Positions 14,136 through 29,830 are shown, counted from the stretch's first letter. The stretch is 64,000 nucleotides of DNA from Octopus sinensis (GCF_006345805.1 NC_043007.1:49042001-49106000); one strand, 5' to 3'. The notes: generated by a model not told the origin, from the letters alone. A program made the numbers and translations.

Positions 14136-14620
14136 ATGGATAAAGTACTGGAGGAAAGAAAGAGTTTTGCGAAAGTGACAGAGTTGAAAAGCAGTGAAGT
14201 GGACTTATTAAAAATGATACATTACCAGAAAATGGTAAAGGAAGTGAGTGGTGATGTAAAGTTGTCGCCTCCAACACGAAAACAAAAAGAAGTGACAATA
14301 CACACAATCATTTACAAACTTCCCCTCCCACTGATTGTTATGCATGTATTCTTTACGAGGAGGCAGAAGATGAACTACTAGAGACAGTAGTAGGATGGGA
14401 AAATTTAGTCTATGTTAACATAAATGACAAAGAGAATGGTGAACATACATGTGCTTTGATAATAGAAAAACATTTGAACGAAATTAAAAGATTTAATGGC
14501 GGCTTTGAGGTATGGAAGGTGAACTATAACCCGGATAAGTTACCGAAAACGTTAAACTATGAGGAACTCAAAAAGCGATATGGACTAGATATAATGGAAA
14601 ACAGGAAAAAAGGCAAGTAA
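14136..14620 (+). other. Orphan coding-like sequence (two overlapping open frames, ~160 aa if joined)
   Basis: MDKVLEERKSF...IIYKLPLP, then in the -1 frame TDCYACILYEEAEDELLETVVGWENLVYVNIND...NRKKGK* (stop 14618-14620). No family recognised. Confidence 0.4.
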
Positions 14621-14945
14621 GTGATGTTACTTGATGGGGAAAGCAACATTACCTCCATTTCTCATCATCATTTTCCATCATATCATACGTTTTAATTTTA
14701 TTTTTCTGATATTTTTTTTTGTTAATTTGTTCTATGTCCCCAATGTTATGTATGTCCTCCTCTTTGTGAGCTCGTATGGGAAAAAATAAATAAATTTTAT
14801 AATTTCACACAAAATTTCACATAATTTTATTTTATACTATTTAAGTCTATGGACTATATTTGGAATACAGGACAATATAATGGATTTTATACATAATTAT
14901 TATGGATTACTATAGAAGGCTTACACACACACACACACACACACA

Positions 14946-14989
<44 letters not shown>

Positions 14990-15286
14990 CATATATATTA
15001 TATTTTTAATACAACAATTATTTTACACACGTATATATATCTCTGAAGAAATTTCAAATATTGATTTCCTAATATTAATAATAATATATTATATAATACA
15101 CACACACACATATATATATACATATATATATATACATATATATACATATATATATATATACATATATATATATACACACACACATATACATACACACATA
15201 TATATATACTTATATACATATACTTATACATATATATATACATATATACATATATATATATACATATATATACACATATATATATA

Positions 15287-16173
15287 TAAATCCTTAAATC
15301 CTTAAAAAATGTTTTAGCCCGAAGGACGCGGCCATGCTGGGGCACCACCGCTGAATGAGTTACACTAATTTGTGAATCCACCGCTGATACGTGGCACTTG
15401 ATCAACAAGGGAGTTCGATGCTGCAGCCCACATCTGCGTCTCCTGTCGAGAGGTCGGTTCATCTGGGACCCCCGACAAGAAGAGATCCAGTTTAGTTTTA
15501 AAGAAACCCACATCCACACCATGTAAGTTTCTCAGGCATTTAGGGAGGATGTTAAAGAGCTGTGGTCCTTTGAAACCCAAGCTGTTGCAGTATCTGGACC
15601 TGTATTTTGATGGTGATGTTGGAATCCTTGGCACCATGCAGTGGCGCCCCGTTCTGCGGTTGGAGTAACTTTGAATGCCAAAGTTTGGGACAAGACCCTC
15701 CAGGATTTCCCAGATGTATATCACAGCATATCTCTCTCGCCTCCGCTCTGGGGAGAAGAGGTTTAATACCTTCAGTCTTTCCCAGTAGCTGATATTTTGC
15801 ATTGAGACGATCTTCTTTGTGTAGCTTCTCTGAATTGCTTCGAGTTCTGCTGTTAGCTTTATATTGTGTGGTGACCACAGTTGGGAGCAGTAGTCCAAGC
15901 GGCTGAGGACGAATGTTTTCCATAGGACCATCAGTATCTCCTTCTCTCTTGTTCTGAAAGTTCGGAGAATCCATCCAGCTAGCCGTCTGCATTTTATCAC
16001 CAGATTATCAATATGCACTTGGAAAGATGCATCATTGCTCATGTCAATGCCCAGATCACGCACTGATTTTGACTCAGGGATTGCAATTCTTCCTGGGCCA
16101 GTGTATCCAGTCTGCACGTCGTTTACCTTTGTGTGCCAGTAGCGCAGGGCCTGGAACTTACCTGCATTAAACT
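15287..16173 (-). mobile_element. 3' fragment of the CR1/L2-group LINE with open 250-codon ORF2 C-terminus
   Basis: ORF 15365-16117 (VRDLGIDMSND...VLSRLDYCSQLWSP...VPDEPTSRQ); homologous to ~17120-17995; (aaggattt)-type tail at ~15287-15305. Confidence 0.9.
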
Positions 16174-16198
16174 ATCCCTCTCTCTCTCTCTCTCTATA

Positions 16199-16232
<34 letters not shown>

Positions 16233-16271
16233 GTATATATATACATATATATATATATATAGATACATACG

Positions 16272-16306
<35 letters not shown>

Positions 16307-16395
16307 CTCTCTCTCTATATATATATATGCATATATACATATGTATATATATATGTATATATATTTATGTATAAATAAATATGTATATATACATA

Positions 16396-16427
<32 letters not shown>

Positions 16428-16453
16428 GTATAAATACATATATATATATATTA

Positions 16454-16489
<36 letters not shown>

Positions 16490-16492
<3 letters not shown>

Positions 16493-17105
16493 TTAGGGAG
16501 TAAATCCAAATTTACAGGGAAAAATTAGATTTTACAATATAAGTATATATATTAAATTAGAGATAAAAACTACTATTAGGCAAATCAAATATATATATTT
16601 AAATTTATTTGATTATTTATTTAAATATTATCATTAACCTGAAGATTGACTATAGCCATAATTCGAATTATTAATTGAATTTAAATTATTGTTATTCGAA
16701 TTAGGTTATGGGCATGAAACGATCGTAGTGGTTTTACTTTTTATCTTATATTAAACTTTTTAATACTTTTTGATAGTTATATATATTTAAAATAAATAAA
16801 TAAATAAATATATAATTAAAAAAAAAATAAAAAGATAAAAATAAAATAAAATGAAAATAAAAAAAAAATCTATATGTATATTTAATAATATATATATATA
16901 TATATATATAAATTTATAAAATATAAATTAATAATTTTTCAAAATTCATTTTAAAAACTTTACAATTTATAATTTAAATTTTGAGATTTATTATTTTATA
17001 TATATTTTGTATATTATATAATTAATTTATTTCCATGTTTTGGTTTATGTTTTTCAGTTTGATTTGCCTAATAGTGGTTTTATATCTAATTTAATATATA
17101 TATAT
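16490..17105. mobile_element. Very AT-rich foldback element with degenerate hammerhead-like motif (16633-16732, + strand)
   Basis: Inverted repeat ~16545-16592 / ~17055-17105; CUGAAGA at 16639, long helix II, GAAAC-GAUC-GUA at 16716-16727. Confidence 0.55.
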
Positions 17106-17683
17106 ACACATATGTATATATAAATCTTTAAATCCTTAGAAATGCTTTAGCCCGAAGGCCGCGGCAATGCTGGAGCACCACCGCTGAATGAGCAACTAAT
17201 ATGTGAATCTACCTCTTGTACGTGGCACTTGATCAACAAGGGAGTTAGATGCTGCTGCCCGCTACTGTGTCTCGTGTCGTGAGGTAGGTTCATCTGGGAC
17301 CCCCGACAAGAAGAGATCCAGTTTAGTTTTAAAGAAACCCACATCCACACCATGTAAGTCTCTCAGGCATTTAGGGAGGATGTTAAAGAGCTGTAGTCCT
17401 CTGAAACCCAAGCTGTTGCAGTATCGGACTGTATTTTGATGGTGATGTTGGAATCTTGGCCACATGCAGTGGCGCCCCATTCTGCGGTGGAATAAATTTT
17501 AATGCCAAAGTTTGGGACAAGACCCTCAGGATTTCCCAGATGTATATCACCGCATATCTTTCTCGCTCCGCTCTAGGGAGAAGAGGTTTAATACTTTCAG
17601 TCTTTCCCAGTAGCTGATAATTTGCATTGAGACGATCTCTTTGTGTGTAGCTTCTTGAATTGCTTCGAGTTCTGCTGTTAGTT

Positions 17684-18538
17684 TTATATTGTGTGGTGAC
17701 CACAGTTGGGAGCAGTAGTCCAAGCGCTGAGAACGAATGTTTTCCATAGGACCATCAGTGTCTCCTTCTCTCTTGTTCTGAAAGTTCGGAGAATCCATCC
17801 AGCTAGCCGTCTGCATTTTATCACCAGATTAGTAATATGCACTTGGAAAGATGCATCATTGCTCATGTTAATGCCCAGGTCACGCACTGATTTTGACTCA
17901 GGGATTGCAATTCTTCCTGGGCCAGTGTATCCAGTCTGCACGTCGTTTACCTTTGTGTGCCGGTAGCGCAGAGCCTGGAACTTACCTGCATTAAACTGCA
18001 TGTTGTTGTCCTCAGCCCACCTGTATATTGTATCCAACTCCTGTTGCAGATGCGCAATATTTTCAGGGTTTTGTATTGTGTGGGAGACTTTTGTGTCATC
18101 TGTATAGCTAGCAAGGGTGGCAATCGTAGCAACTGAAGGCATGTCTGAAAGGGCCACAATGGACAGCGGTGGCCCCAAGACAGTGCCCTGTGGAACATCG
18201 CTTGTTATTTGTGTTTCCTTGGAGGTGGCTCCATTGCTCACAACTGCCTGTCTTCTGTCTTTTAGGAAGTTGTCCAGCCACTCTCCAAGTTTTCCGCCTA
18301 TGCCGAGCCCACGCAATTTGTGACAGATCATACCGTGGTCGACTTTATCAAAGGCTTTTGCAAAGTCGAGATATATTACATCCACATTTGAGCCATTTAG
18401 TAGCTGTTTTAACACCCAGGCATAGTGTTGCAGGAGCTGTGTTAGGCACCTTCTACCTGGTCGAAATCCATGCTGGGTGTCAGACAGCAAGTCATTTTCT
18501 TCAAGGAATATTAGTTTCTTGCGGACTATTCGTTCCAT
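17684..18538 (-). pseudogene. LINE reverse transcriptase core
   Basis: 284-aa ORF with RT motifs; catalytic motif reads YTDD rather than YADD. Confidence 0.9.
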
Positions 18539-19298
18539 GATTTTGCTGATGTGAGGTCAGAGAGATAGGCCTATAATGTTTAGCATCTGCTCTGCTACCT
18601 CCCTTATGGATAGGGCATATTACCCCCTCTTTCAATTTGACTGGGAGCTTACCACTTGCAAGAAAGCTCTGAAAAAGAAGCTGTAGTTGTTTTGCAAGGG
18701 CTTGTTTGCACGATTTGAGAAAGATCAGGTCCAGCAGCTGAGTTTGTGTCAATCTCATCTATGGCTAGTGTGATATCATCTTCAATGTTGATGCACTCAA
18801 TTTTTGCCTCTTTGGCCGCAGGTAAAGTGGCAAAGAATTCTTCTGAGTTGTTTACTTGCCTGTGTCCTAGAGGTGTAGTGAACACACTTTGGAATTGTAC
18901 GTTCAGTATTTCACTTATCCTGGTGGGATTTCCTCTGAGAGAGCCATCTTTTAGGAAGAGAGGTCCTATTCTCTGGTGCACTGTGGCTGTCTCTTTGGCA
19001 AACTTAAAGAAAGCTTTAGAGTTTGATTTTATATTTTCTATCACCCAAGCTTCTTTATCTGCTCCCTCCTTTTCATGGGACTGATGCAGACTTTCTCAAT
19101 TTCCATTAGCATTCTCTCGAGCTGAGACTCTCACCCACTTTGGTTGTGGTGCTTGCTCAAGCGGTTCGCAATCTTGTCCGTCGTCTCATAAGAATTCCTT
19201 TCTCTAGGGATCCTGTGTTTTGTTTTTGTGTGTGCTGGCCCTGCACACTGGGACATATTTGTCACATATGGCTTGTATTATGGACATGAGTGTTGTGT

Positions 19299-20130
19299 TC
19301 ATGTTAATGTCCGTGTGGAGAGACATTTAGGCCAATCCTGTTTGAGGATCTTTTTCTCAATCAACTTCCAGTTTGCTTTATGAAAGTTTAAGTTGGAGAG
19401 ATGGTGGATGCTTCGTATAGGCTGTGTGTCTACGGGGGATTTTGGTCCATACATAGACAGCTCTATTATGTTGTGATCCGAGATCATTGTCGGCATGACT
19501 TTAACATTATGGATAATATCCATATTGTTTGTGAAGCAGAGATCCAGTATATTATCTGCCTTTGTTGGTTGCAGAACTATTTGCTCCATGAAAGAGGTAT
19601 TTGTGAGATGGAGCAGGGACTCTGCCTGTGCATGCTGATGGTGTGTCATCCCTGAGAGCATCTGCCCCCAGGCCATTCCACATTGGGGAAGTTAAAGTCA
19701 CCTATGAAGAATACACTGTTGTGTTGTTCAAGGTTGGTGAGGACTTCTATTTTTGTTAGTCAGTCTTCAAACATGCCTGAGTGATTTGGGGCATCAGGTG
19801 GGCGATATGTAGAGCATATGACGATATTCAGTTGTCTTATGTGTACAATTTAAGTGTCACACACTGAGTTTGAATATGACAACAGGACCTGGGGCGTGAG
19901 GTAATCTCGGATGTACATTGCAACTCCACCATGGCTCCTCCCTTTTCTATCTGAGCGTATGACTGCATATTGCGGTATGTGTATTTCTGCATCCCCTATA
20001 TCGGGTCCAAGATGCGTTTCTGTGAGTGCCATGAATATAGCTTGATTGCATGTTACAAGGTCTCTCAGGAATGAGATTTTCCTTTTACAGTTGCCGCGCA
20101 GCAGCCCTCCTACGTTCAGTAGAAATATTT
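19299..20130 (-). pseudogene. LINE apurinic-like endonuclease domain, frameshifted
   Basis: ORFs 19850-20257 and 19299-19676 carry APE motifs (N, TET, GG, GDFN at ~19700, LDL, SDH). Confidence 0.88.
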
Positions 20131-20269
20131 TTGTGGTGTGTGTGTTGGTGTCTGTGGTGGCCATCCTGCATCTGTTGGTGGTGGCCTTATGTGGTGGTAG
20201 TTCCAGCTTTGTGCTTGTAGCCAGGTCAGCTGCTGAACAGTTTTTTGTGCCACGCACAAAAAAGATTGC

Positions 20270-21025
20270 TGTTCAGCTGCTGCCCTTCTCACATCTGGGT
20301 GAAGCTGGCCATTTGTTGGGTTACCTCGCACCACATCCGCATATCGTCTTTCAGGAGTGGTCAGTGCGCTATTTTTCCTTCATTTATATTTTTCTTTATC
20401 TTTATCTTTTTGTTCTCCCCAAGTAGGAATTTTTGTCTCGTGTCCGTGTGGTTTTGGTAGGGCTTCTGATGTGCAAAGCGACAGTTCGCACCTTCGACGC
20501 CGTACAAGCAGTCCCCCTTCAGGTAGAATTTGCAGATGTTTCTGCCTTTGCCCTTATAGTTCTTGCTGGGGTCTTTGTTTTTTTCTGAACAGTGTTTGTT
20601 TTAGCTTTAATTTTCTTGTCTTTTACCTCCTGTTACCCATCAATTTTAGGGTGCTTTTCTTTTTTTGCGGCCATCGCACCTCTTTGGTCTTCAGTTGTGT
20701 TGGGAGCTGGACATGTGCCATTGTTTCCCTTAGTTGCAATTTTCTCGGTTTTGTCTTTTGTTGGGTCCTGGATGTTTTCTTCATCCTTTTGGCCTTCCCT
20801 GGTGCAGTTACCTCCTAGGATGATGTCCAGAGTGTCCATGTGTTGCCTGATTAGAGCGTATGAACGGAGAAATTCTCGTTTCCTTCCCTGTATCTGGTCA
20901 GTGGTCCTTGAAAAATCATTGCTCTTCAGTGCCGCTACAATGATATTGTTCGGCGAGTCGCACTCGGCAATCTTCCAGGCGCACACGAACAATTGCAACT
21001 CCCTCGCAGACCAGTTTCTCGACAT
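20270..21025 (-). pseudogene. LINE ORF1 with Myb/SANT-like N-terminus and CCCH zinc finger
   Basis: [14 protein letters not shown]...[28 protein letters not shown]; after a stop and frameshift, CKFYLKGDCLYGVEGANCRFAH (20469-20534). Confidence 0.65.
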
Positions 21026-21161
21026 TTTCGCCCGAGATACAGTGAGAATGAAATATACGAACGATATATTTATATATAATATATATATGTATATATATAT
21101 ATGTATAAATATATGTATGTTTATATATATATGTATATATATATATGTATATATATATATG

Positions 21162-21192
<31 letters not shown>

Positions 21193-21419
21193 GTTATATA
21201 TATATATATGTAAATATATATGTTTATAATATATATATGCATGTATATATATATGCATATATATATATGTATATATATATATATGTATATGCATATATAT
21301 ATATGCATATATATATGTATATATTATATATGTATATTATATATGTATATATTATATATATGTATGTATGTATATATATATGTATATATAATATATATAT
21401 GTATGTATATAGATATGTA

Positions 21420-23260
21420 CATGCAGACCTCGTCTGTATCCACTAGCGATTTTTCCCCTGTCTTCCCTTCTCGGGATCTTTCCTTCTCTATGTTTCCGAC
21501 GAAGAGCTTCGCTCGTAACGTCAAACCCTCTTATTCCCTTCTTTCTGAGCGTCCAATAATACTTTATTTGTTCCACGTCCTTGCGTTGTTGTTTTTTGTT
21601 TTTGTTTTCTTGTTTGGATTAACTTTATATATATATATGTATATATATATATGTATATATATATATCTATCTATCTATATATATATATGTATCTGTAATT
21701 GCCCCACTGAACACATTTCCCTATACCTCGACCGCATCCTGTCCCCCTTAGTCGCAGCCCTCCCATCCCACATATACGACACCAACCACGCCCTCCGTCT
21801 CTTCAATTCCTTTTGCTTCCCTTCCAGCCCCTCACACCTCCTCTTCACCCTAGACGTAAAATCCCTGTATACGGTAATTCCCCACAACGACGGTCTCCTA
21901 GCCCTCCAAGACTTCCTCGACCGTCGTCCCGACCCCACCCCAGCACCCCCACCGTTGCCGCCTGGCTGAGTTCGTCCTCACCCTTAAGTGTTTCACGTTC
22001 GCCGGGGAAACGTACCAACAGGTGTCTGGGGTCGCGATGGGAACGAGAATGGGCCCCAATTTCGCCAATCTCTTTCTTGGCTACATTGAGACCCAAGTAT
22101 TCTCCCAATTCTCCGGGCCGACCCCTGAACTATACGGTTGCTATATAGACGACTGCATAGGCGCCACCTCCCTTTCTCGCGAACTTCTCTGCCAATTCAT
22201 CTCTTTCCTCTCCAACTTCCACCCCTCTCTACAATTCACTTCAACTATCTCCAACGCCTCTGTCAACTTCCTTGAATCTCTCTCAGCATCGACACCCCTC
22301 CCACTCTCTCACCACCTCCGCCTTCTTTAAAACCCACGGATTCCCACCTCTATCTCACTTCTCTTCCTCCCACCCTTCCACACCAAAAGGGCCATCCCTA
22401 CTCCCAGTTCCTCCGCCTCCGACGCTTGTGCAGCCGCGACCAGGATTTCGAGACCCAATCCAATACCTGGCCCGCCTGTTCAGGCAACGAGGATACCCAC
22501 CTATACTAATCTCAAAATGCCCTCGCCCGCGCCCGTCGCATCGACCGCAACCACCGCCTTTCTCCTTCCTCTCACCCACCCCCGAAACCGCACCCCTTTC
22601 CCCTCTTTTTCCACCCTCTACTCTACCCCTTCGTCGGAAGATACTACGTCCTTCCGTCGCCTCCAGCTCGATCGCACGACCCGCCCCATTTCCCCAACCC
22701 ACCCTGTCCTACTTCAAACGAGCCCGGAATCTACGCGACCTCCTGGTCCATAGCACCCTTCTTCTTCCCCCTCAGCCCCACACGGATCATTCCCGTGCTC
22801 TAGATCCCGCTGCAACACCTGCCCCTTCATCACCAACACCACTTCTGTCACCGGCTCCAACCAGCGAACTGTACGCATCAGACATCTTTTACGTGCACTT
22901 CGTCTGGCCTCATATACTGTATTAATGCAACCTCTGCGGAATGCTGTATATAGGACAGACGGGACGCCGTTGCTGTATATAGGACAGGACGGGACGCCGT
23001 TTGTCAGAACCGATTCGCCGAACATCTGAGGGATGTTCGCATACGGTCCTTTTCTCCCGTCGCACGTCTCTTCCGCTCGGCCAGCCATTCCCGCGATGAC
23101 ATCTCAGTGTTTGGTCTCGCCCCACACAACGGTCGTTCACAATCCAGGCTCCACTTGGAGCAACGCTTCATCTTCACTCTACAAACCAATATTCCACATG
23201 GACTCAACACAGCTCCTTCCTCTTAGTGACTGCGCTCCACCTCTCTTTCTCCCTCTCCCC
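21420..23260 (+). mobile_element. Degenerate Penelope-like element (RT + GIY-YIG) with upstream pLTR-like segment
   Basis: TLDVKSLYTVIPH, GVAMGTRMGPNFANLFLGYIE, YIDD, HP..K.I HTH region, FTCTSSGLIY...C..YIGQTG (~22890-22975), RFAEHLRDVR. Many frameshifts; GC-rich. Confidence 0.9.
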
Positions 23261-24401
23261 CTTTTTTAAAAATCCTTATACAGAAACACACACACACATA
23301 CCCACGTATCCACGAACACCCTCCCACATACCTACTTCCAACACACCTACCTCCAACACACCACACACATTCAACTTACTTGTGCGCACGCATACATCCA
23401 CACCTATACACATACCCCCACACACCCACGCGCACACACACATGCCCGTGCACACACACATGCCCGTGCACACACACATGCCCGTGCACACACACACCAA
23501 CAAAACAATACCCATACAGATACGCACACCCTTATAAACACTCAGTAGAGACACACACACACATACACGCTCGTCACGCGCATGCACATTACGCCCACAC
23601 AATCCCAGAGGAAACCCCACGCACACACGCATACATTCACACACACACACATACATACGTACACACACATACATACATAGACACATACACACACATACAT
23701 ACATACACACACATACACACATACATACATACACACGCACATACATACATACACACATACATACACACATACGCACATACACATATACATACACACATAC
23801 ACACACACACACATACGTACATACATACTTACATACACACACACACATGCACACATACACGCATGCACACACACATGCATACACACGCACACGTTTACAC
23901 GCATGCACACACACATACATATATATTTGTATCCATATATATGTATATATGTATAATATACATAGGTATATATATATATATATATATAAGATATATGTAT
24001 ATGATATATATAATATATATATATATGTATATTTATATATATAGTATATATATATGTATATATACGTAATATATGTACATATATGTAATATACGTATATA
24101 TATATATGTATATATACGTATATATACATATATACGTATAATATATGTATATATACGTATATATATATACGTATATATGTATATATACGTATATATACAT
24201 ATATATACGTATATATACATATATGTACATATATATACGTATATATGTATATATGTTATATATATATAGGTAATATATGTATATATATATATTATATACA
24301 TATATACATATATAGTTAATCCAAACAACAAAACAGAAAAAAAAACACAGCAAACGCGAGGACGTGGAACAATTAAAGTACGTACTATATATATATATAT
24401 C

Positions 24402-24455
<54 letters not shown>

Positions 24456-24470
24456 TATATATATATATAT

Positions 24471-24504
<34 letters not shown>

Positions 24505-24506
<2 letters not shown>

Positions 24507-24688
24507 AGGTCCCGGGTTGATTCGGGGTTAACCACAGTAAATAAGGTACTCAATACATAGCAGAGTAAAATTATTTATTATATAGAAGGAGCTTCTACAG
24601 GACTAAACTGTTTCATTCAAGAGAAATCTTCAGGAAGATTTTCTCTTGAATGAAACAGTTCTAGTCCTGTAGAAGCTCCTTCTATATA

Positions 24689-24695
<7 letters not shown>
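24505..24695. repeat. Unique island in (AT)n with ~60-bp-arm palindrome (24572-24695)
   Basis: atttattatatagaaggagcttctacaggacta-aactgtttcattcaagagaaatcttc followed by its near-perfect reverse complement. Confidence 0.85.
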
Positions 24696-24727
<32 letters not shown>

Positions 24728-25160
24728 TATATTACATATATATATACATACAATATATACATATATATATATATGTATTATATATATATATATATATGTA
24801 TTTATATATATATTTATATGTATTTATATATTATATATATATGTATTTTATATATATATATATATATATATATGTATTATATATATATATATATGTATAT
24901 ATTATGTATGTATAATATCTATGTATATATTATATATATATATGTGGTGTGTATATATATATATGTATATATATACATAAGCAGTTTATATATATTCTAT
25001 ATATATATATATATCTGCATATATATATATATATTAATAGATATAATTATATATATATATATATAGATACAATATAATATATATATAGATACATATATAA
25101 TATATAGATACATATATATATATATATAGAACATATATTTATAGATACATATATATATAG

Positions 25161-25207
<47 letters not shown>

Positions 25208-25253
25208 TAGAGATACATATTATATATACATATATATATATATACATATAGAG

Positions 25254-25284
<31 letters not shown>

Positions 25285-25449
25285 CATATATAGATATATA
25301 CATATATTATATATATATATATATACAATATTATATATATACATATAAATATATATATATAATATATAACAATATATATATAATATATATCTATATATAT
25401 ACATATATATATATATACACCTATAATATATATATCTATATCTATATAC

Positions 25450-25515
<66 letters not shown>

Positions 25516-25599
25516 ATATTATATATATATATATACATATATATATTATATATATATATATATATACTATATATATTATATATATATATATATTATATA

Positions 25600-26440
25600 C
25601 TAGCAGAATTGCCCGGCGTTGCTCGGGGCTGAATTGCTTGAAAGTACTGGTAATGATTGCACTGAATTATGATGATTATACAGGCAAATATTGATATAAG
25701 CTTACGGTGGGAGATAAGGACTTAACGATCAAACGTGTGCCATTGCATTCTTTTGGGGGAACCAAATTTCTGATGACCATTATAGGGGCACCAACTTTAA
25801 GTTTGAGAAAGTGTGGTGGTAGTCCGGGGTGCTCAAAGGAATTGAGTACCTCTATTGGATAGTTGATGACGTCCTCCGGGTCAGGAATTGCATCGATAGA
25901 CTGATATACATAGACTTCCCCAGGAATGAGTTTTAGCATTTCATCATTAATATGGTGAACGTTTTATTCCTCGGGGCCAGTATAGCCTTTTTGCCAATCC
26001 AATCCATATTCTGATAATTAGCTTGTAGATCTGGAACACTGCATCTCTGAGATCAGAAGGCGTCTTAACAATGTTACAAATGGAATCGATGGCAATATTA
26101 CCATTTTCATCCCCTGGTATTTTGCGTTCGTCAAGTGCAAGAGGGTGTGAGGAAATGCTGCTGATGTGATATTACGTCGCATATGAGCATACGAATTGGG
26201 TGTGAAGTTTGAGAGTTACTTCCCTTATTAACAAAAATATGCATTAAAATGGAAAAAATTATGGTAAATATTTGTATAAAATCATAGACTCATCGTAGAC
26301 GCGCGCTAATACCCAGAAGGGCTCGATATGAATCCGACTATAAGATACCCGGTTTTGGTTAAACTGCATCGCAAAATGTGGGAGTAGTTAGGAATCTAAA
26401 TCGGAGTAGACAGACCACAACCTTCTTTTATATATAAATA
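25600..26440 (-). mobile_element. Internally deleted Helitron with family A termini and a PIF1-like helicase fragment
   Basis: Minus-strand 3' end cccgagcaacgccgggcaattctgCTAG|t at 25600. The 5' ~230 bp matches family A. ORF 25676-25939 reads NYPIEVLNSFEHPGLPPHFLKLKVGAPIMVIRNLVPPKECNGTRLIV. Confidence 0.9.
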
Positions 26441-26790
26441 TTTTCGTCCTAAAAAACTTTGTATGGATTAATGGTTACCTCTATGGAAATATATACACGC
26501 ACATTATACATACATGTGTGTATAGATGAATATATAAATACATTTAAATATCTATATACACTTTTGGGCGATCTTTCTGTTCTTAGAGATAACTTTAGAT
26601 CTTATTTTCGTCCTAAAAAACTTTGGGCGTAGTGAATGGTTAAGTCTATGGAAATATATACACACAACATTATACATACATCTGTGTATATGAATATATA
26701 AATACATTTAAATATATATATACACTTTTGGGCGATCTTTCTGCTACTTGTATATACTTTAGATCTATATTCGTCCTAAAAACTTTCCTG
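26441..26790. repeat. ~165-bp tandem repeat, 2 copies plus partial
   Basis: ttttcgtcctaaaaaacttt recurs at 26441, 26605 and ~26770. Confidence 0.85.
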
Positions 26791-27261
26791 TCACACACTC
26801 ACGCACACGCACACACACACACTCACCCTCACACACACACACACCACACACACACACACACACACCACCACACCACTCACACACACACGCGCACAACACA
26901 CGTTAGCTTACAATTTTATTTATATATTTGCGTGTCTATGTGTGTAAAGAGGGAAGTGGCAGAGTGAAAGAGTCACTCACTACAAAAAGTGAATTACTTT
27001 CACTTTATTCGTTGCACACTGTGTGTGTGCGTGTGCGTGTGGTGTAGGCCACACTAAGAAAAGCATTTGACTTATACACCACAATGTGAGTTTTCTCTAA
27101 ATTTTGCTTAATTGTTGGGTTGAAATTTTAAAAACTGGACCTGCAACGACCCGATGCATTCTACTCTTAAAATGCTAGGTAAATTGTAATTGAAGAAATC
27201 CTATATTGTAGATTTCTATAAGATACAAATGGAGGCAGATAAAATCTGCCTTTTATAATAA

Positions 27262-29829
<2,568 letters not shown>

Positions 29830-29830
<1 letters not shown>

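Larger units (their letters stand above)
17110..21060 (-). mobile_element. Near full-length CR1/L2-group LINE (ORF1 + APE endonuclease + RT), frameshifted
   Basis: EN: IFLLNVGGL, ALTETHL, SDRKGRSHGGV, ILDLCFTN, SDHNII. RT: QHGFRPGR, YLDFAKAFDKVDH, VPQGTVLGP, YTDD. ORF1 lies upstream. Confidence 0.93.

Noticed and set aside
20592-21446. 284-aa plus-strand ORF and neighbouring plus-strand ORFs (20046-20818)
   Set aside because: Antisense to LINE ORF1 and extended by microsatellite; no independent coding signal.
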